Assembly (NCBI GenBank): GCA_965658655.1
Contig: CBFHTA010000002.1
Location: 32,001 to 96,000 of the forward strand
Direction: 5' to 3'
Length of the DNA: 64,000 nt
Source: Candidatus Babelota bacterium
GTDB lineage: Bacteria; Babelota; Babeliae; Babelales; CAIQNR01
Shown: one piece after another, positions 49,590 through 59,815 of the stretch
How the letters are laid out: each line of letters starts with the position of its first letter
Position numbering within the stretch: the first letter of the stretch is position 1
Notes under the pieces: generated by a model
The model's input: the letters and a program-made list of their open reading frames with translations, nothing else
Databases searched by the model: none
What the model was told of the DNA's origin: nothing
Made by a program: the position numbers and the translations under genes

Positions 49590-50930
49590 TTTTATTATAA
49601 AGAGAACTACAGGGTTAGTTAATCGAGGGGGACTCTGCTCTTTTTAGCTTGATTTACCCACTATAAGCTTTCTGTGAGAATATTGACCTTTATATGTACC
49701 GTTACTTTCAAGGGGGTAATTATGGTTCTCCGTCAAAGATTTAAGCTTTTGTTGACGTTGCGACCGACTTGTGGCCCGCATCGAGACAAATGTGTCGTAT
49801 AATGCTCAATGTATGGTCAACTTTTTATCGCCAGCGTACCCGAAAAATATTGAACTTTTATTAAAAGGGAGCACTTCACGCCATCACCACCGCTTTGGGA
49901 GCCTTTCATTGGCGGAAGACCTTTTACCCGGCCCTGCCAACCCCGCAGACGGGCGATTCCGCACTCCATCCGCGCCTTCCCCCCTATATGCCTACGGGGG
50001 AAAACTACGAGGGGGGAAGGCTTGATTACGTTTTATTCTTTATAAGGATTTTTAATCTTATTTATTCCTCCCCTTTTTATTATAAGGAGAAAACAAGGAG
50101 TAAAAGGAATGAGAGGAATAAAAGTAATAGCAAACGCTACCTCATAACAAAGTGATTATTATAAAAAATAAGAAAAATGTGATTATTGTCTCCATGATGC
50201 ACTTAACAAGATGCAGTTAAGTAGTTAAAAGGACTAGGGGACTAAGGGAATAAAGGACTAGAGGAAACCAATAGAAAACGTAACGTAAGGAAATTTATAA
50301 GAAAACAAGCACTCCGAAGAACAAGACGAAAGAAAAAAGAAAAGAAGACAAAGACTTAATGAAAAAAGAGGAAGAAGGAGAAGAAAAGGTCTTATCTTTA
50401 ATTGTCTTTATACCCCTTACCTACGTAACCCTTATAACCATATACACCTACACCCGAACACCTTACTAACCGAGATCCATACTCATCACCCACCCGAGTA
50501 CTCATGTATACGCATACTAACCAATCGAACGTAGATGGATCACCTACACACGTATAACCAATAGTACGTTCTTCCTTATCTTCTCATGCGCGAATAGTTG
50601 TTTCTTATTACTTCTGTTAATGAATTCAAAATCATAAAATGGATATACGCGGCGCCTCTTTCTTGGATGAGTTATTTTGTAGGCATTTGTTGTATATATC
50701 TTTCTTCTTTATCAACATATATACACAGAGAAAAAGAGAGGGCATTTCTCTGACTTATATATGTTCTGCTTTGTTACTTGCTACACCACGACTTTACATC
50801 TGTGTGTCGCTATTGTTTTGCGCTCTCTGAAGGGCTCCGCTTCTATGTGTGTAATGAATGTTAATATATTTATTGTTTTGTTACATATAAGATGTAGGTC
50901 TTTGTTCTAGGGGGTTTCTATCGTGCAGCT
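49590..50930. other. Compositionally unusual ~1.3-kb non-coding block
   Basis: GC-rich multi-hairpin segment, then purine-rich, C/A-rich and T-rich tracts; no convincing gene. Confidence 0.6.
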
Positions 50931-51005
50931 TATTTCTATGTTGACCACTCAAGTGAAAACATGCCAAAGTGAAGATTGGTGTATCTTTATATATAAGGAG
51001 AGAGA

Positions 51006-52364
51006 ATGAAGTGTCGCTTTTTCGGGTTATTCTTGTTGGTGTCTATGCAAGTTAATGCTGTAACTGTATTCAGTGATACAAACCCGCCTGGGAAATGGAC
51101 ACACGAAGAGGTTGCTGCCGGAAGTCTTGATAGTAGTTTTAGTTCCGATGGCAAGGTAACCACTGCTATTGGTAGTGGTAATGATAGTATTTGGGGAGTT
51201 GCTATTCAGCCTGATGGTAAGATTGTAGTTGCCGGTGAAAGTCATAATGGTTCAAATGATGATCTTGTAGTGGCGCGTTATAACAGTGATGGGTCTCTTG
51301 ATATGAGATTTGGGGATTCTGGCCAAAAAATTACTACTTTTGGTAGTAGCGAGGATCATGGATATGGAGTCGTGATCCAACCTGATGGTAAAATTGTAGT
51401 TGCCGGTGATAGTAATAATGGTTCAAATTATGATTTTGCTGTTGTAAGGTATAACAGCGATGGTTCTCTTGATGCTACTTTTAATAGTACCGGCAAAGTT
51501 ACCACTGCTATTGGAAGTGGTCACGACATTGGACGGTCAATCGCTCTTCAGCCTGATGGTAAGATTGTAGTTGCTGGTTATAGTCATAATGGTTCTGATT
51601 ATGATTTTGCCGTTGTACGGTATAACAGCGATGGTTCTCTTGATACTACTTTTAATAGTACTGGTAAAGTAACCACTGATATTAGTGGCGCTACAGAATT
51701 TGGATATGGAGTTGTGATTCAACCCGACGGTAAGATTGTAGTTGCTGGTGCGAGTTACAATGGTTCTGATTATGATTTTGCCGTTGTGCGTTATAACAGC
51801 GATGGTTCTCTTGATACTACCTTGAATAGTACCGGTAAAGTAACCACTGCTGTTGGAGCTAGTAATGACTATGGTAGAGAGATCGCTCTTCAGCCTGATG
51901 GTAAGATTATAGTTGCTGGTTATAGTGACAATGGCTCAAATGATGTTTTTGCTGTTGTGCGTTATAACAGCGATGGTTCTCTTGATACTACTTTTAATAG
52001 CACCGGTAAAGTAACCACTGTTGTTGGGAGTAACGATAGTTTTGGTTATACAGTGTTACTTCAATCTGATGGTAAGATTATAGTTGCCGGTAGAAGTAAC
52101 AACGGTTCAGATAATGATTTTGCTGTTGTGCGTTATAACAGCGATGGTTCTCTTGATACTACTTTCGATTCTGATGGTAAAATAGCAACTGATTTTGGAA
52201 GTGGAGCAGATAGTGTTTATGCTCTTGCTCTTCAATCCGACGGTAAAATAGTCGCGTCTGGATTAGCAGATAATGGTTCAAACACTGATTTCGCATTAAC
52301 TCGATATAGTAATAATATTGCTTCGCTTAAATTAGCAAAGCGAGACATAGGCTTTGTGGCGTAA
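51006..52364 (+). CDS. Secreted delta-60-repeat beta-propeller protein 1
   Basis: Repeats QPDGKIVVAG...DFAVVRYNSDGSLDTTF. Confidence 0.92.
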   Translation: MKCRFFGLFLLVSMQVNAVTVFSDTNPPGKWTHEEVAAGSLDSSFSSDGKVTTAIGSGNDSIWGVAIQPDGKIVVAGESHNGSNDDLVVARYNSDGSLDMRFGDSGQKITTFGSSEDHGYGVVIQPDGKIVVAGDSNNGSNYDFAVVRYNSDGSLDATFNSTGKVTTAIGSGHDIGRSIALQPDGKIVVAGYSHNGSDYDFAVVRYNSDGSLDTTFNSTGKVTTDISGATEFGYGVVIQPDGKIVVAGASYNGSDYDFAVVRYNSDGSLDTTLNSTGKVTTAVGASNDYGREIALQPDGKIIVAGYSDNGSNDVFAVVRYNSDGSLDTTFNSTGKVTTVVGSNDSFGYTVLLQSDGKIIVAGRSNNGSDNDFAVVRYNSDGSLDTTFDSDGKIATDFGSGADSVYALALQSDGKIVASGLADNGSNTDFALTRYSNNIASLKLAKRDIGFVA

Positions 52365-52454
52365 ATTTGGCATGTTTCTATCTTGACGAGACTGATAAAA
52401 ACATGTCAAAGTGAAGAACTAACCTGTCTTTTAACTAAGCGTAAGGAGAGAAAG

Positions 52455-53732
52455 ATGAAACGTTATTTTTTGGGGTTATTACTAGTGGTGTCTGCGCAAA
52501 TTAATTCTGTAGTTGTGTATAATGATGCAAATCCTCCCGGGAAATGGACCCATCAAGAGGTTACGCCTGGGGTAATAGATATTACTTTTGGTAGTAATAA
52601 TACCGGGTATGTAACTGCTGACTTGGGGATAAATGATCAAGATCATCAAATTAATGCTTTGGTTAAACAATCTGATGGTAAATTAGTAGGTGCCGGGTAT
52701 AGCAACAATTCGAGCGACAAGACACGTTGGGCCTTAGCACGTTTCAGTGAGGATGGAGTGCTTGATACTACTTTTGGTGGAAGTGATACAGGATATGTGT
52801 TTTTGAATTTCGGTGATAGCAATGTAGATCATACTCTTTATGCGTTAATTCAGCAAGCTGATGGTAAATTAGTGGCTGCAGGATTTAGCAGAAATTCAAG
52901 TGGATACAATAGATGGGCGTTGGCACGCTTTAGTAAAGATGGAGTTCTTGATACTACTTTTGGTGGGAGTGATACCGGGTATGTTTTCTTAGATTTTGGT
53001 GATAGTTCTCGTGATCATGAGATTAATGCTCTTGTAGAAACTTCTGAAGGAAAGTTAGTTGCTGGTGGTTATAGTGATAACACTGATGACGATGAACGTT
53101 GGGCCCTTGCAAGATTCAGTAAAGATGGCGTGCTCGATACCACGTTTGGTGGGAGTGACACCGGGTATGTTTTCTTAGATTTTGACACGGGAGGTCAGGA
53201 CCATGAGATTAATGCTCTTGTAGAGACTGCTGAGGGTAAGTTAGTTGCAGGTGGACATAGTGATAATGCAAGCAATAAAAAGAGTTGGGCACTCGCAAGA
53301 TTTAGTAAAGAGGGAGTGCTCGATACCACGTTTGGTGGTAACAGTACGGGTTACGTTACATTAAATTTTGGTGATGCTACAAGAGAACATACTTTGCGTG
53401 AACTGATTCTTCAGAGTGATGGAAAGTTGTTAGCTGGTGGTTATAGCGATAATACGAGTGATATGAATAGATGGGCAATTGCACGGTACAGTGAAGATGG
53501 AGTGCTTGATACTACTTTTGGTGAGAGTGGTACTGGATATGTCTTTTTGAATTTTGGTGATGATAGCAATGACCATGAAATTGATGCAATGCTTTTAGAG
53601 AGCAACGGAAAGATAGTAGTAGCGGGCGCAAGTGAACTTACCGGGAGTTATGAACGCTTTGCCTTGGCCCGTTTTAGTAATAATATTCCACCCCTTAATT
53701 TGATAGCTGCTTTTGCAGGAATGTTAGGATAG
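52455..53732 (+). CDS. Secreted delta-60-repeat protein 2
   Basis: Repeats DGKLVAGG...RWALARFSKDGVLDTTFG; start moved to ATG 52455 (AAGGAG RBS). Confidence 0.9.
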   Translation: MKRYFLGLLLVVSAQINSVVVYNDANPPGKWTHQEVTPGVIDITFGSNNTGYVTADLGINDQDHQINALVKQSDGKLVGAGYSNNSSDKTRWALARFSEDGVLDTTFGGSDTGYVFLNFGDSNVDHTLYALIQQADGKLVAAGFSRNSSGYNRWALARFSKDGVLDTTFGGSDTGYVFLDFGDSSRDHEINALVETSEGKLVAGGYSDNTDDDERWALARFSKDGVLDTTFGGSDTGYVFLDFDTGGQDHEINALVETAEGKLVAGGHSDNASNKKSWALARFSKEGVLDTTFGGNSTGYVTLNFGDATREHTLRELILQSDGKLLAGGYSDNTSDMNRWAIARYSEDGVLDTTFGESGTGYVFLNFGDDSNDHEIDAMLLESNGKIVVAGASELTGSYERFALARFSNNIPPLNLIAAFAGMLG

Positions 53733-53740
53733 TAGTACAG

Positions 53741-53880
53741 CTTCATTAAAACATAGGCCTCAAAGATAAGGCGCATATCGACATCTACATAAGTTGATGG
53801 CGCCTTTTTGCTTCCAAGACTCTTTCATACGGTACGGTTCAGATTATAATTTTGCGTTAGAACAATATTGCTTCTTTAGA
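53741..53880. pseudogene. Junction relic: displaced 3' end of the flippase-like gene fused to a delta-60 gene fragment
   Basis: 53800-53833 matches 55551-55584 at 32/34 nt; the following acggttcagat...aatattgcttc resembles 52102-52125 and 52313-52324. Confidence 0.8.
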
Positions 53881-54012
53881 GTTGGGTACCTCCTGGGGGA
53901 ATAGTAGGATAGCATCTTTTTTCTTTGTCTTTCTTCTATCTTGACGAAGTTGATAGAAACATGGCAGAGTGAAGAACTAACGTATCTTTTAACTAAATAT
54001 AAGGAGAGAAAG

Positions 54013-55389
54013 ATGAAACGTTATCTCATGGGGTTATTACTAGTGGTGTCTACGCAAATTAATGCTGAAACTGTGTATAGTGACAAAACTCCTCCCGGGA
54101 AATGGACCCATCAGGAGATGAAACCTACAGCTTTATTGACTTCCTTTGATGGTGGGAATGGTAAGATATCAAGTGATTTAGGGGCTAATACTGTTGTAAA
54201 GGGTATGGTAGTTGATAAAAACGGTGACATTTATGTTTGTGGTTCCCATGGATCTACAGCTCATGCTATGGTGGCTCGTTATAAAAAAACTTCTAACGGG
54301 GTTCATGCTTTAGATACTTCATTTGACGGTACTAATGGCTATGTGAAATTTGCTACCGAGGCCGCTTCAGTTGCCAATGCTATAGCTTTGGACGGAGAGA
54401 GTATTTATGTTGTTGGTAGCGGAACTGTGTCATCAGCAGGTAAATTAATAGCAAAACTTAAAAAATCAGATGGAAGCCTAGACACAACGTTTAGTACTGA
54501 TGGAATTTACCTTTCTACTGCTCTTGGAACAAGCGCAGTAGGTCATGGCATTGTAGTTGATGACAAACATGTATATGCGGTAGGTACAGACGGAACTGAT
54601 GCTACTGTTATAAAAGTTACTAAGTCAGCCGGTGTTGCAGACACTGTTTTTGATGGAGATTCTGGTACGGGCGGTAGCAATGGGGAGTTAACAGTCGATG
54701 TAAGTGGCAGTACTGACATAGCTTATGATGTTGTTGTAGATGGCACTACTCTTTACATTGTCGGTGATGGAGGAAGTGATTATTTTGTTGTTAAAATGGA
54801 TGCACCAACTGGAAAACTTCATACTGCTGCAAATGGCTTTACCGCATTTGCTACTAATGGTATTGCCTATACTTCTGGTGATTCCAATGCTGTGGCAAAA
54901 TCGGTAGTACTTGATAAGGATTTTCTTTATGTGGCAGGTAATAATGCAAGTACCTCTGCTGTTATACAAAAGTATAATAAATTAACAGGAGGATTGAAGG
55001 ATGATTTTGGTACAAGTGGTAGATGGGAAAGTGCTACTGTTGGTGCTCTTAATAGTGTAAAGCTCTTAAATAGAAAGCTTTATGTTGCGGGCGTAAAAAG
55101 TTCAAAAATGTCTGTAGCTCGATTGAATACGACAGGTACGAGTCCTTTAGATACTTCATTTTTTACTAATGGTTATGATGTAGCATTAGGAGATAACGCA
55201 ACACTTGGAGCAGTTGCTCTTGATTTTCTAAAGGAACCTCATTTACCAATTATACTTGCAGGTTATGATGCTAGTAGTGGGAACTTTATTGAATTAACTG
55301 TTTATGAAAACGATGTTGATATTCTTAGTGCTGCTCGCGTTGCAGGTCTTTCTGCTGGGCATCTTTCTGGTGGGCTCACCCATAGTTAG
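54013..55389 (+). CDS. Secreted divergent delta-60-like propeller protein 3
   Basis: Shared PPGKWTHQE N-terminus, LDTSF/LDTTF repeats; start ATG 54013. Confidence 0.85.
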   Translation: MKRYLMGLLLVVSTQINAETVYSDKTPPGKWTHQEMKPTALLTSFDGGNGKISSDLGANTVVKGMVVDKNGDIYVCGSHGSTAHAMVARYKKTSNGVHALDTSFDGTNGYVKFATEAASVANAIALDGESIYVVGSGTVSSAGKLIAKLKKSDGSLDTTFSTDGIYLSTALGTSAVGHGIVVDDKHVYAVGTDGTDATVIKVTKSAGVADTVFDGDSGTGGSNGELTVDVSGSTDIAYDVVVDGTTLYIVGDGGSDYFVVKMDAPTGKLHTAANGFTAFATNGIAYTSGDSNAVAKSVVLDKDFLYVAGNNASTSAVIQKYNKLTGGLKDDFGTSGRWESATVGALNSVKLLNRKLYVAGVKSSKMSVARLNTTGTSPLDTSFFTNGYDVALGDNATLGAVALDFLKEPHLPIILAGYDASSGNFIELTVYENDVDILSAARVAGLSAGHLSGGLTHS

Positions 55390-55397
55390 ATAATGTT

Positions 55398-56648
55398 TTA
55401 ATAATTAAAAAAAGCCATTAAGGTTGCGCTTAAAAGCCTCAGCGCCTGCACCATAACCACCCACTGTAAAAGAGATACAGCCTGAGGCCACGCAATCAAG
55501 CAACCGAGACCTAAGATATAAGGCGCATACGACAACCATAGAAGTCGATAGCGCCTTTTTACTTCCAAGACTCTTTCATATGGTGACAACAACACCTCAA
55601 ACATATATCCGAGTGCAACAATAAAAAATAACACTAACATTTCTTGTGTAAGTACCTGAGTCTTAACAAAGAAAACACCAATGGTTAAAAACGTTAACGG
55701 AATAATAAGCGCAATAACAGTTTTGAAAAGTCTTATGAATGCTTTTTCATATACTGTTTGTGTGTTGTTTAAAACAAGTGCGTAAGACAATAATGCTGTG
55801 TCTGATGAACCCAAAATTCTAATAGCAATACGTTGAAAAAAAAGTGCTCCATCGTGTACTACTTTAAAGAGGTTGGCAGGAATTGCTCCAAAAGCATTTG
55901 TTAAAAACGGAAATAAAAAGTTTCTTTCTGATAAAGATTTAATACAAGTTGCAGACCACATCATAAACGAATGTTCTAGAAAGGCTTTTGTGAGGCTTCT
56001 TAAAGAAGGAGCTATTTTTTTACTGTATGTTATTGTTTCTAAAAGATTTGGCAATAACGCTATTGAACCAATCAAAACACCACCATTAGAAGCAATTTTA
56101 GTTGTTAGTAAAAAAGTTACTATTTGTGTACTTGAATGGGGGTGGGCAAGGTACCAAAAGTTACATATCATTTCTGTGAGCATGCATACGGCTTGCAACA
56201 AATTGAATTGTTTTTGCCAAAAGTGCGCATGGTAAATCGTCTTGAAAAGCTCACTGACTCCACCTATTGCAAAGAGTGTAAGCGCGTAAGAAATAAATGT
56301 TTTTTGTGTAACAAAGTGCGAAAAAACATACCATATAATGGGTAATCCAATCAACAGGACAATTGATTGAAGTGTTAACACAAGAGCAATAAATTGTTTA
56401 TGTGTTTGTTGATGTTGCGCAAACTCCGGACAGTAGCGAGGAATCGACTTTCTAAAACCACAATCTAACCAGAGTAAAATAAGGAAAACAATACTATTTA
56501 TTGTGGCCCATGCTGAAAACAACTCAGGAGAAAGGGTTTTGTACAATGCGAAAGAAAGTGCAACGTAAAAAATTTTATAAGTGACATATAAAAAACTGTT
56601 CCATTGCAGAGCGTTTGAAAATTTTGAAAAAAGAATATTTTTATTCAT
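55398..56648 (-). CDS. Polytopic MOP-superfamily (flippase-like) membrane protein
   Basis: Many hydrophobic helices; paralog of the upstream gene (LQWN/IKWN, N.L.P, YER/YEK). Confidence 0.6.
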   Translation of the reverse strand: MNKNILFSKFSNALQWNSFLYVTYKIFYVALSFALYKTLSPELFSAWATINSIVFLILLWLDCGFRKSIPRYCPEFAQHQQTHKQFIALVLTLQSIVLLIGLPIIWYVFSHFVTQKTFISYALTLFAIGGVSELFKTIYHAHFWQKQFNLLQAVCMLTEMICNFWYLAHPHSSTQIVTFLLTTKIASNGGVLIGSIALLPNLLETITYSKKIAPSLRSLTKAFLEHSFMMWSATCIKSLSERNFLFPFLTNAFGAIPANLFKVVHDGALFFQRIAIRILGSSDTALLSYALVLNNTQTVYEKAFIRLFKTVIALIIPLTFLTIGVFFVKTQVLTQEMLVLFFIVALGYMFEVLLSPYERVLEVKRRYRLLWLSYAPYILGLGCLIAWPQAVSLLQWVVMVQALRLLSATLMAFFNY

Positions 56649-56706
56649 AATCCCTTGACCAATCTACTTAAGAAGGGTGAAAACTTTGCTTAGAATCGAT
56701 TCTCGT

Positions 56707-58086
56707 TTAAGGCTTTGAATAACCCCTACTAGAGCAATTTTTCGAGCGATTTTTGTACCAATATGATAAAAATGGAACTTGTTTTGGGGAAAAAATTAAA
56801 AGAGAAAGCCCAATAAGTAGTAAAACTCTTACACTAAAAATAAGAATAATAAGTACAAAAAAATTTAAATCTTGCAAACAAGAAAACAGAATGGCAGCAA
56901 CTAGAGAGGTTATTGCGTTGCATGCGAACAAGAAACTATTTTTGTTTTGGGCTGTAAAAAATTTTTCATACAACGTAAACAAGTGTTCAAGCAAATGCAC
57001 TATAAAGAAGAAACACATATAAAAAATTGCAGTTAAAGAAAGGGTGCTATGGTTTGCGGTATTGTAGAGAACCAGTCCAAAAAGTCCTGCCATAGATACT
57101 ATGAAGAAAAGTTTTACAGACAAACGAAACGCATCTTTTTGTTTTTCTTCGCCTAGGGTAGTTGTATCAGATAAAAAAGCAGCAGTTGGACTACAAATTT
57201 TATGTAAAAAATAAGTGAGTGTGTACGTTATGTTTTTTGCAAGCGTTGCAATACCTGCTTGAGTAAATCCAACCCAACCAACAAAAAGTGGAATGAGTAA
57301 ATTGCTAGAAAAAAGTGAGCGATTTATTTGATTTGCAAATGCAGAGAGTTGCGTCAAAAACAAGGAAGGCAATGTGTTGTTGTTGGTAGTATTGGGAAGT
57401 TCTTGATAATGCTTTTGGAAAAGGAATATAAAATATACTAGTGATGGAATACTTGATAAAAGAAAGGGAGTAATGATCAAAAAGAGTGAAGGCTTAACTC
57501 CAAAAAACACAGCAGTCCAAAATGCAACCATATAAGTACAGATGTTTGCAACCTCAATAGCAGCAGTTTGTTTATTGTAAAAAAGTAGTTGTAAAATTCT
57601 ACGCAATAATTTTCTGGCAGCTTCACATGCAATGAAGGTTCCCACAAAGAAACATTCGATTGGCGACAAATAATTAAGAGCGGGTATCATTTGCCACTTA
57701 ATTGTAATCAGTAACAGAAGGGGTGTTGAAAGCATCAGTACGCATTGAGGTAGCAAATAGCTTCGAATAAGTTTTCTGAATGACCATTTGTTTTTGGTCA
57801 ATTGTTTCATGTGAGGTATTAAAGCCATATCGAGTGCTCCCATTAAAAGGGGCACACATAAAAATGAGAATGAAATTAAAGATCCAAACTTACCGTATTC
57901 GTAAGTGCTGACCCATGCATAGAGGCTTACCTGATGGATAAAATAGAGGGCATGATACAGCACCGCCTCAATGGTATTCCATTTAATAGCGTGATAAAAC
58001 CTTTCCTTCGAGTTATTGAACTCGTTTGCATCGGTTTGTTTATTTTTGAGTGAGCCGTGTGCTACAGTATACGTGCTCTTCTTCAT
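56707..58086 (-). CDS. Polytopic MOP-superfamily (flippase-like) membrane protein
   Basis: Multi-TM ORF, same architecture as its neighbour. Confidence 0.6.
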   Translation of the reverse strand: MKKSTYTVAHGSLKNKQTDANEFNNSKERFYHAIKWNTIEAVLYHALYFIHQVSLYAWVSTYEYGKFGSLISFSFLCVPLLMGALDMALIPHMKQLTKNKWSFRKLIRSYLLPQCVLMLSTPLLLLITIKWQMIPALNYLSPIECFFVGTFIACEAARKLLRRILQLLFYNKQTAAIEVANICTYMVAFWTAVFFGVKPSLFLIITPFLLSSIPSLVYFIFLFQKHYQELPNTTNNNTLPSLFLTQLSAFANQINRSLFSSNLLIPLFVGWVGFTQAGIATLAKNITYTLTYFLHKICSPTAAFLSDTTTLGEEKQKDAFRLSVKLFFIVSMAGLFGLVLYNTANHSTLSLTAIFYMCFFFIVHLLEHLFTLYEKFFTAQNKNSFLFACNAITSLVAAILFSCLQDLNFFVLIILIFSVRVLLLIGLSLLIFSPKQVPFLSYWYKNRSKNCSSRGYSKP

Positions 58087-58297
58087 TTTTACCTTTCAAA
58101 ACAACATGAGGAGACCAATGAAGTATACCACACTTTTAACAGGTTTAAATCATCGGATCATTTTTGGGTTACGGCAAAATAGGCTAGAACAGGTGAAAAT
58201 AAGCGGGTGAAAAAAATATAAATCATGATATACTCTTATACAGCATGAATGAGCTTTTCCTATTGATGAGAGTATCTTTGGGAAGGGGAATTTTAAC

Positions 58298-58831
58298 ATG
58301 GCATTTTCTCTTAACGATAAGGTTGTTTACCCAGGTCACGGTGTGGCGTCTATTTGTAAAGTGTTCTCTCGAAATGTAGCAACTCAACAAATAATTTTTT
58401 TTGAGCTACAGTTTCAAAACAAAGATATGACGATTATGGTGCCTTCGGATAAGCTTGAAGAGGTTGGGGTTCGCCCACTCAGCTCAGTTAGCAAAATTAA
58501 TACAATGTTAGCAACGCTCGCTGAGCCGGCTAAGCGAGAAAAAACCTTTGAGCCAACCGCTACTAACTGGAATCGACGAAAAAAAGAATATCAAAATAAG
58601 CTCCGTACTGGATCTTTAGAAGATATCTCAGAAATCTATCGCGACCTTAAACATATTTCTCGCTTTAAAGAGCTTTCTTTTGGTGAAAAAAACCTGCTCT
58701 TGAAAACTGAAGCGTTACTTGTTGAAGAAATATCTGCGGCTAATAAAGTAGACGAAGACAAAGCTGTTGAGCGCTTACGCGCTTTATTTATGAGAAGGGT
58801 GGGACAGAATATTTCTACACAAGAGCTTTAA
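58298..58831 (+). CDS. carD: CarD family transcriptional regulator
   Basis: DKVVYPGHGV, GVRPL, NWNRR, LSFGEK. Confidence 0.92.
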   Translation: MAFSLNDKVVYPGHGVASICKVFSRNVATQQIIFFELQFQNKDMTIMVPSDKLEEVGVRPLSSVSKINTMLATLAEPAKREKTFEPTATNWNRRKKEYQNKLRTGSLEDISEIYRDLKHISRFKELSFGEKNLLLKTEALLVEEISAANKVDEDKAVERLRALFMRRVGQNISTQEL

Positions 58832-58885
58832 TATAAAAAAGTTTGCCGACTTCTTTTCTTTGCTGACTGTGTTATTATTACCTAC

Positions 58886-59815
58886 ATGAAAAATAAACTT
58901 ATAATTATCTACGGACCTACAGGGGTCGGAAAAACAGATTATGCACTGAGTCTGGGGAAAAGCCTGAATATCGAAATCATCAATGGTGATGTGGGTCAAT
59001 TCTATGAACCGCTGGCAATTGGAACTGCCAAGCCGGATTGGAAGAAAGAACCTATTCCTCATCATTTATTCGACGTTCTTGAAAAGCCAGAAGATTGTAC
59101 TGTGGTTAATTACCGATCTCTTGTCTTAGAAAAGGTCAAAGAGGTTTGGAGTCGTGGGGCATTTCCCGTTATAGTTGGTGGGTCAGGTTTTTATATTAAG
59201 TCGCTCTTCTTTACCCCTAAGGGTGAGCCTTGTGGTCAACAGGAAGCCTTAAGTGAAAAAACAGAAGAGCTTTGGCAGATTCTAAAAAAAAGAGATCCAA
59301 AGCGAGCTGCAGAAATTTATCAACAGGATCGCTATCGTATTGAGCGGGCGCTTGCGCTTCTTAATAAAGGGGCTACGCCGTCTGAGTGTGTTCCTGAGTA
59401 TGAATCGATAAAGGCCGATGTTTTGCTGTGTTTTTTAAATCGACCACGAACCGAACTTTATGATCGAATTAATCAGCGAACACATATAATGTTTGAACAG
59501 GGGTGGCTTGCTGAAATTGAACCTTTGATGAATACCGACTGGAAAGAATTTTTGGTTCGTAAAAAACTTATTGGTTATAACGATATTATTACTTTTCTAC
59601 AAGGTGATCGGACCGATCAAGAAAGAGAGTTTTTGTATACTTCTATCCAGAAAAAGACACGTAATTATGCGAAGCGCCAATTGACGTTTTGGCGTATGCT
59701 TGAAAAACTAATGAATCAGTATTTCGAGCAACCATCAAAAGCAATTGAGGTTGATGTTGCTCAAGTTACTCCAGAAAAGTTTAAAGAAAGTGTAGAGCGT
59801 TTTATTAAAGGATGA
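58886..59815 (+). CDS. miaA: tRNA dimethylallyltransferase
   Basis: GPTGVGKT, IGTAKP, PHHLFD, VGGSGFY, TRNYAKRQLT. Confidence 0.96.
   Translation: MKNKLIIIYGPTGVGKTDYALSLGKSLNIEIINGDVGQFYEPLAIGTAKPDWKKEPIPHHLFDVLEKPEDCTVVNYRSLVLEKVKEVWSRGAFPVIVGGSGFYIKSLFFTPKGEPCGQQEALSEKTEELWQILKKRDPKRAAEIYQQDRYRIERALALLNKGATPSECVPEYESIKADVLLCFLNRPRTELYDRINQRTHIMFEQGWLAEIEPLMNTDWKEFLVRKKLIGYNDIITFLQGDRTDQEREFLYTSIQKKTRNYAKRQLTFWRMLEKLMNQYFEQPSKAIEVDVAQVTPEKFKESVERFIKG

Noticed and set aside
49870..49990. Lysine riboswitch or T-box on the minus strand upstream of typA
   Set aside because: Only scattered short motif resemblance with wrong spacing; left as an unassigned structure.
49590..50930. Replication origin
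   Set aside because: No TTATCCACA-type DnaA box cluster recognised and no dnaA/dnaN context.
52383..52454. TTG-started N-terminal extensions of delta-60 genes 2 and 3 (also murF and the 38830 ORF)
   Set aside because: These stretches are promoter/RBS or terminator sequence; the downstream ATGs have an RBS and give proper N-termini.
51100..53680. Regularly spaced DNA repeats suggesting CRISPR or a DGR
   Set aside because: Explained by delta-60 protein repeats; no reverse transcriptase and no adenine-specific TR/VR pair seen.
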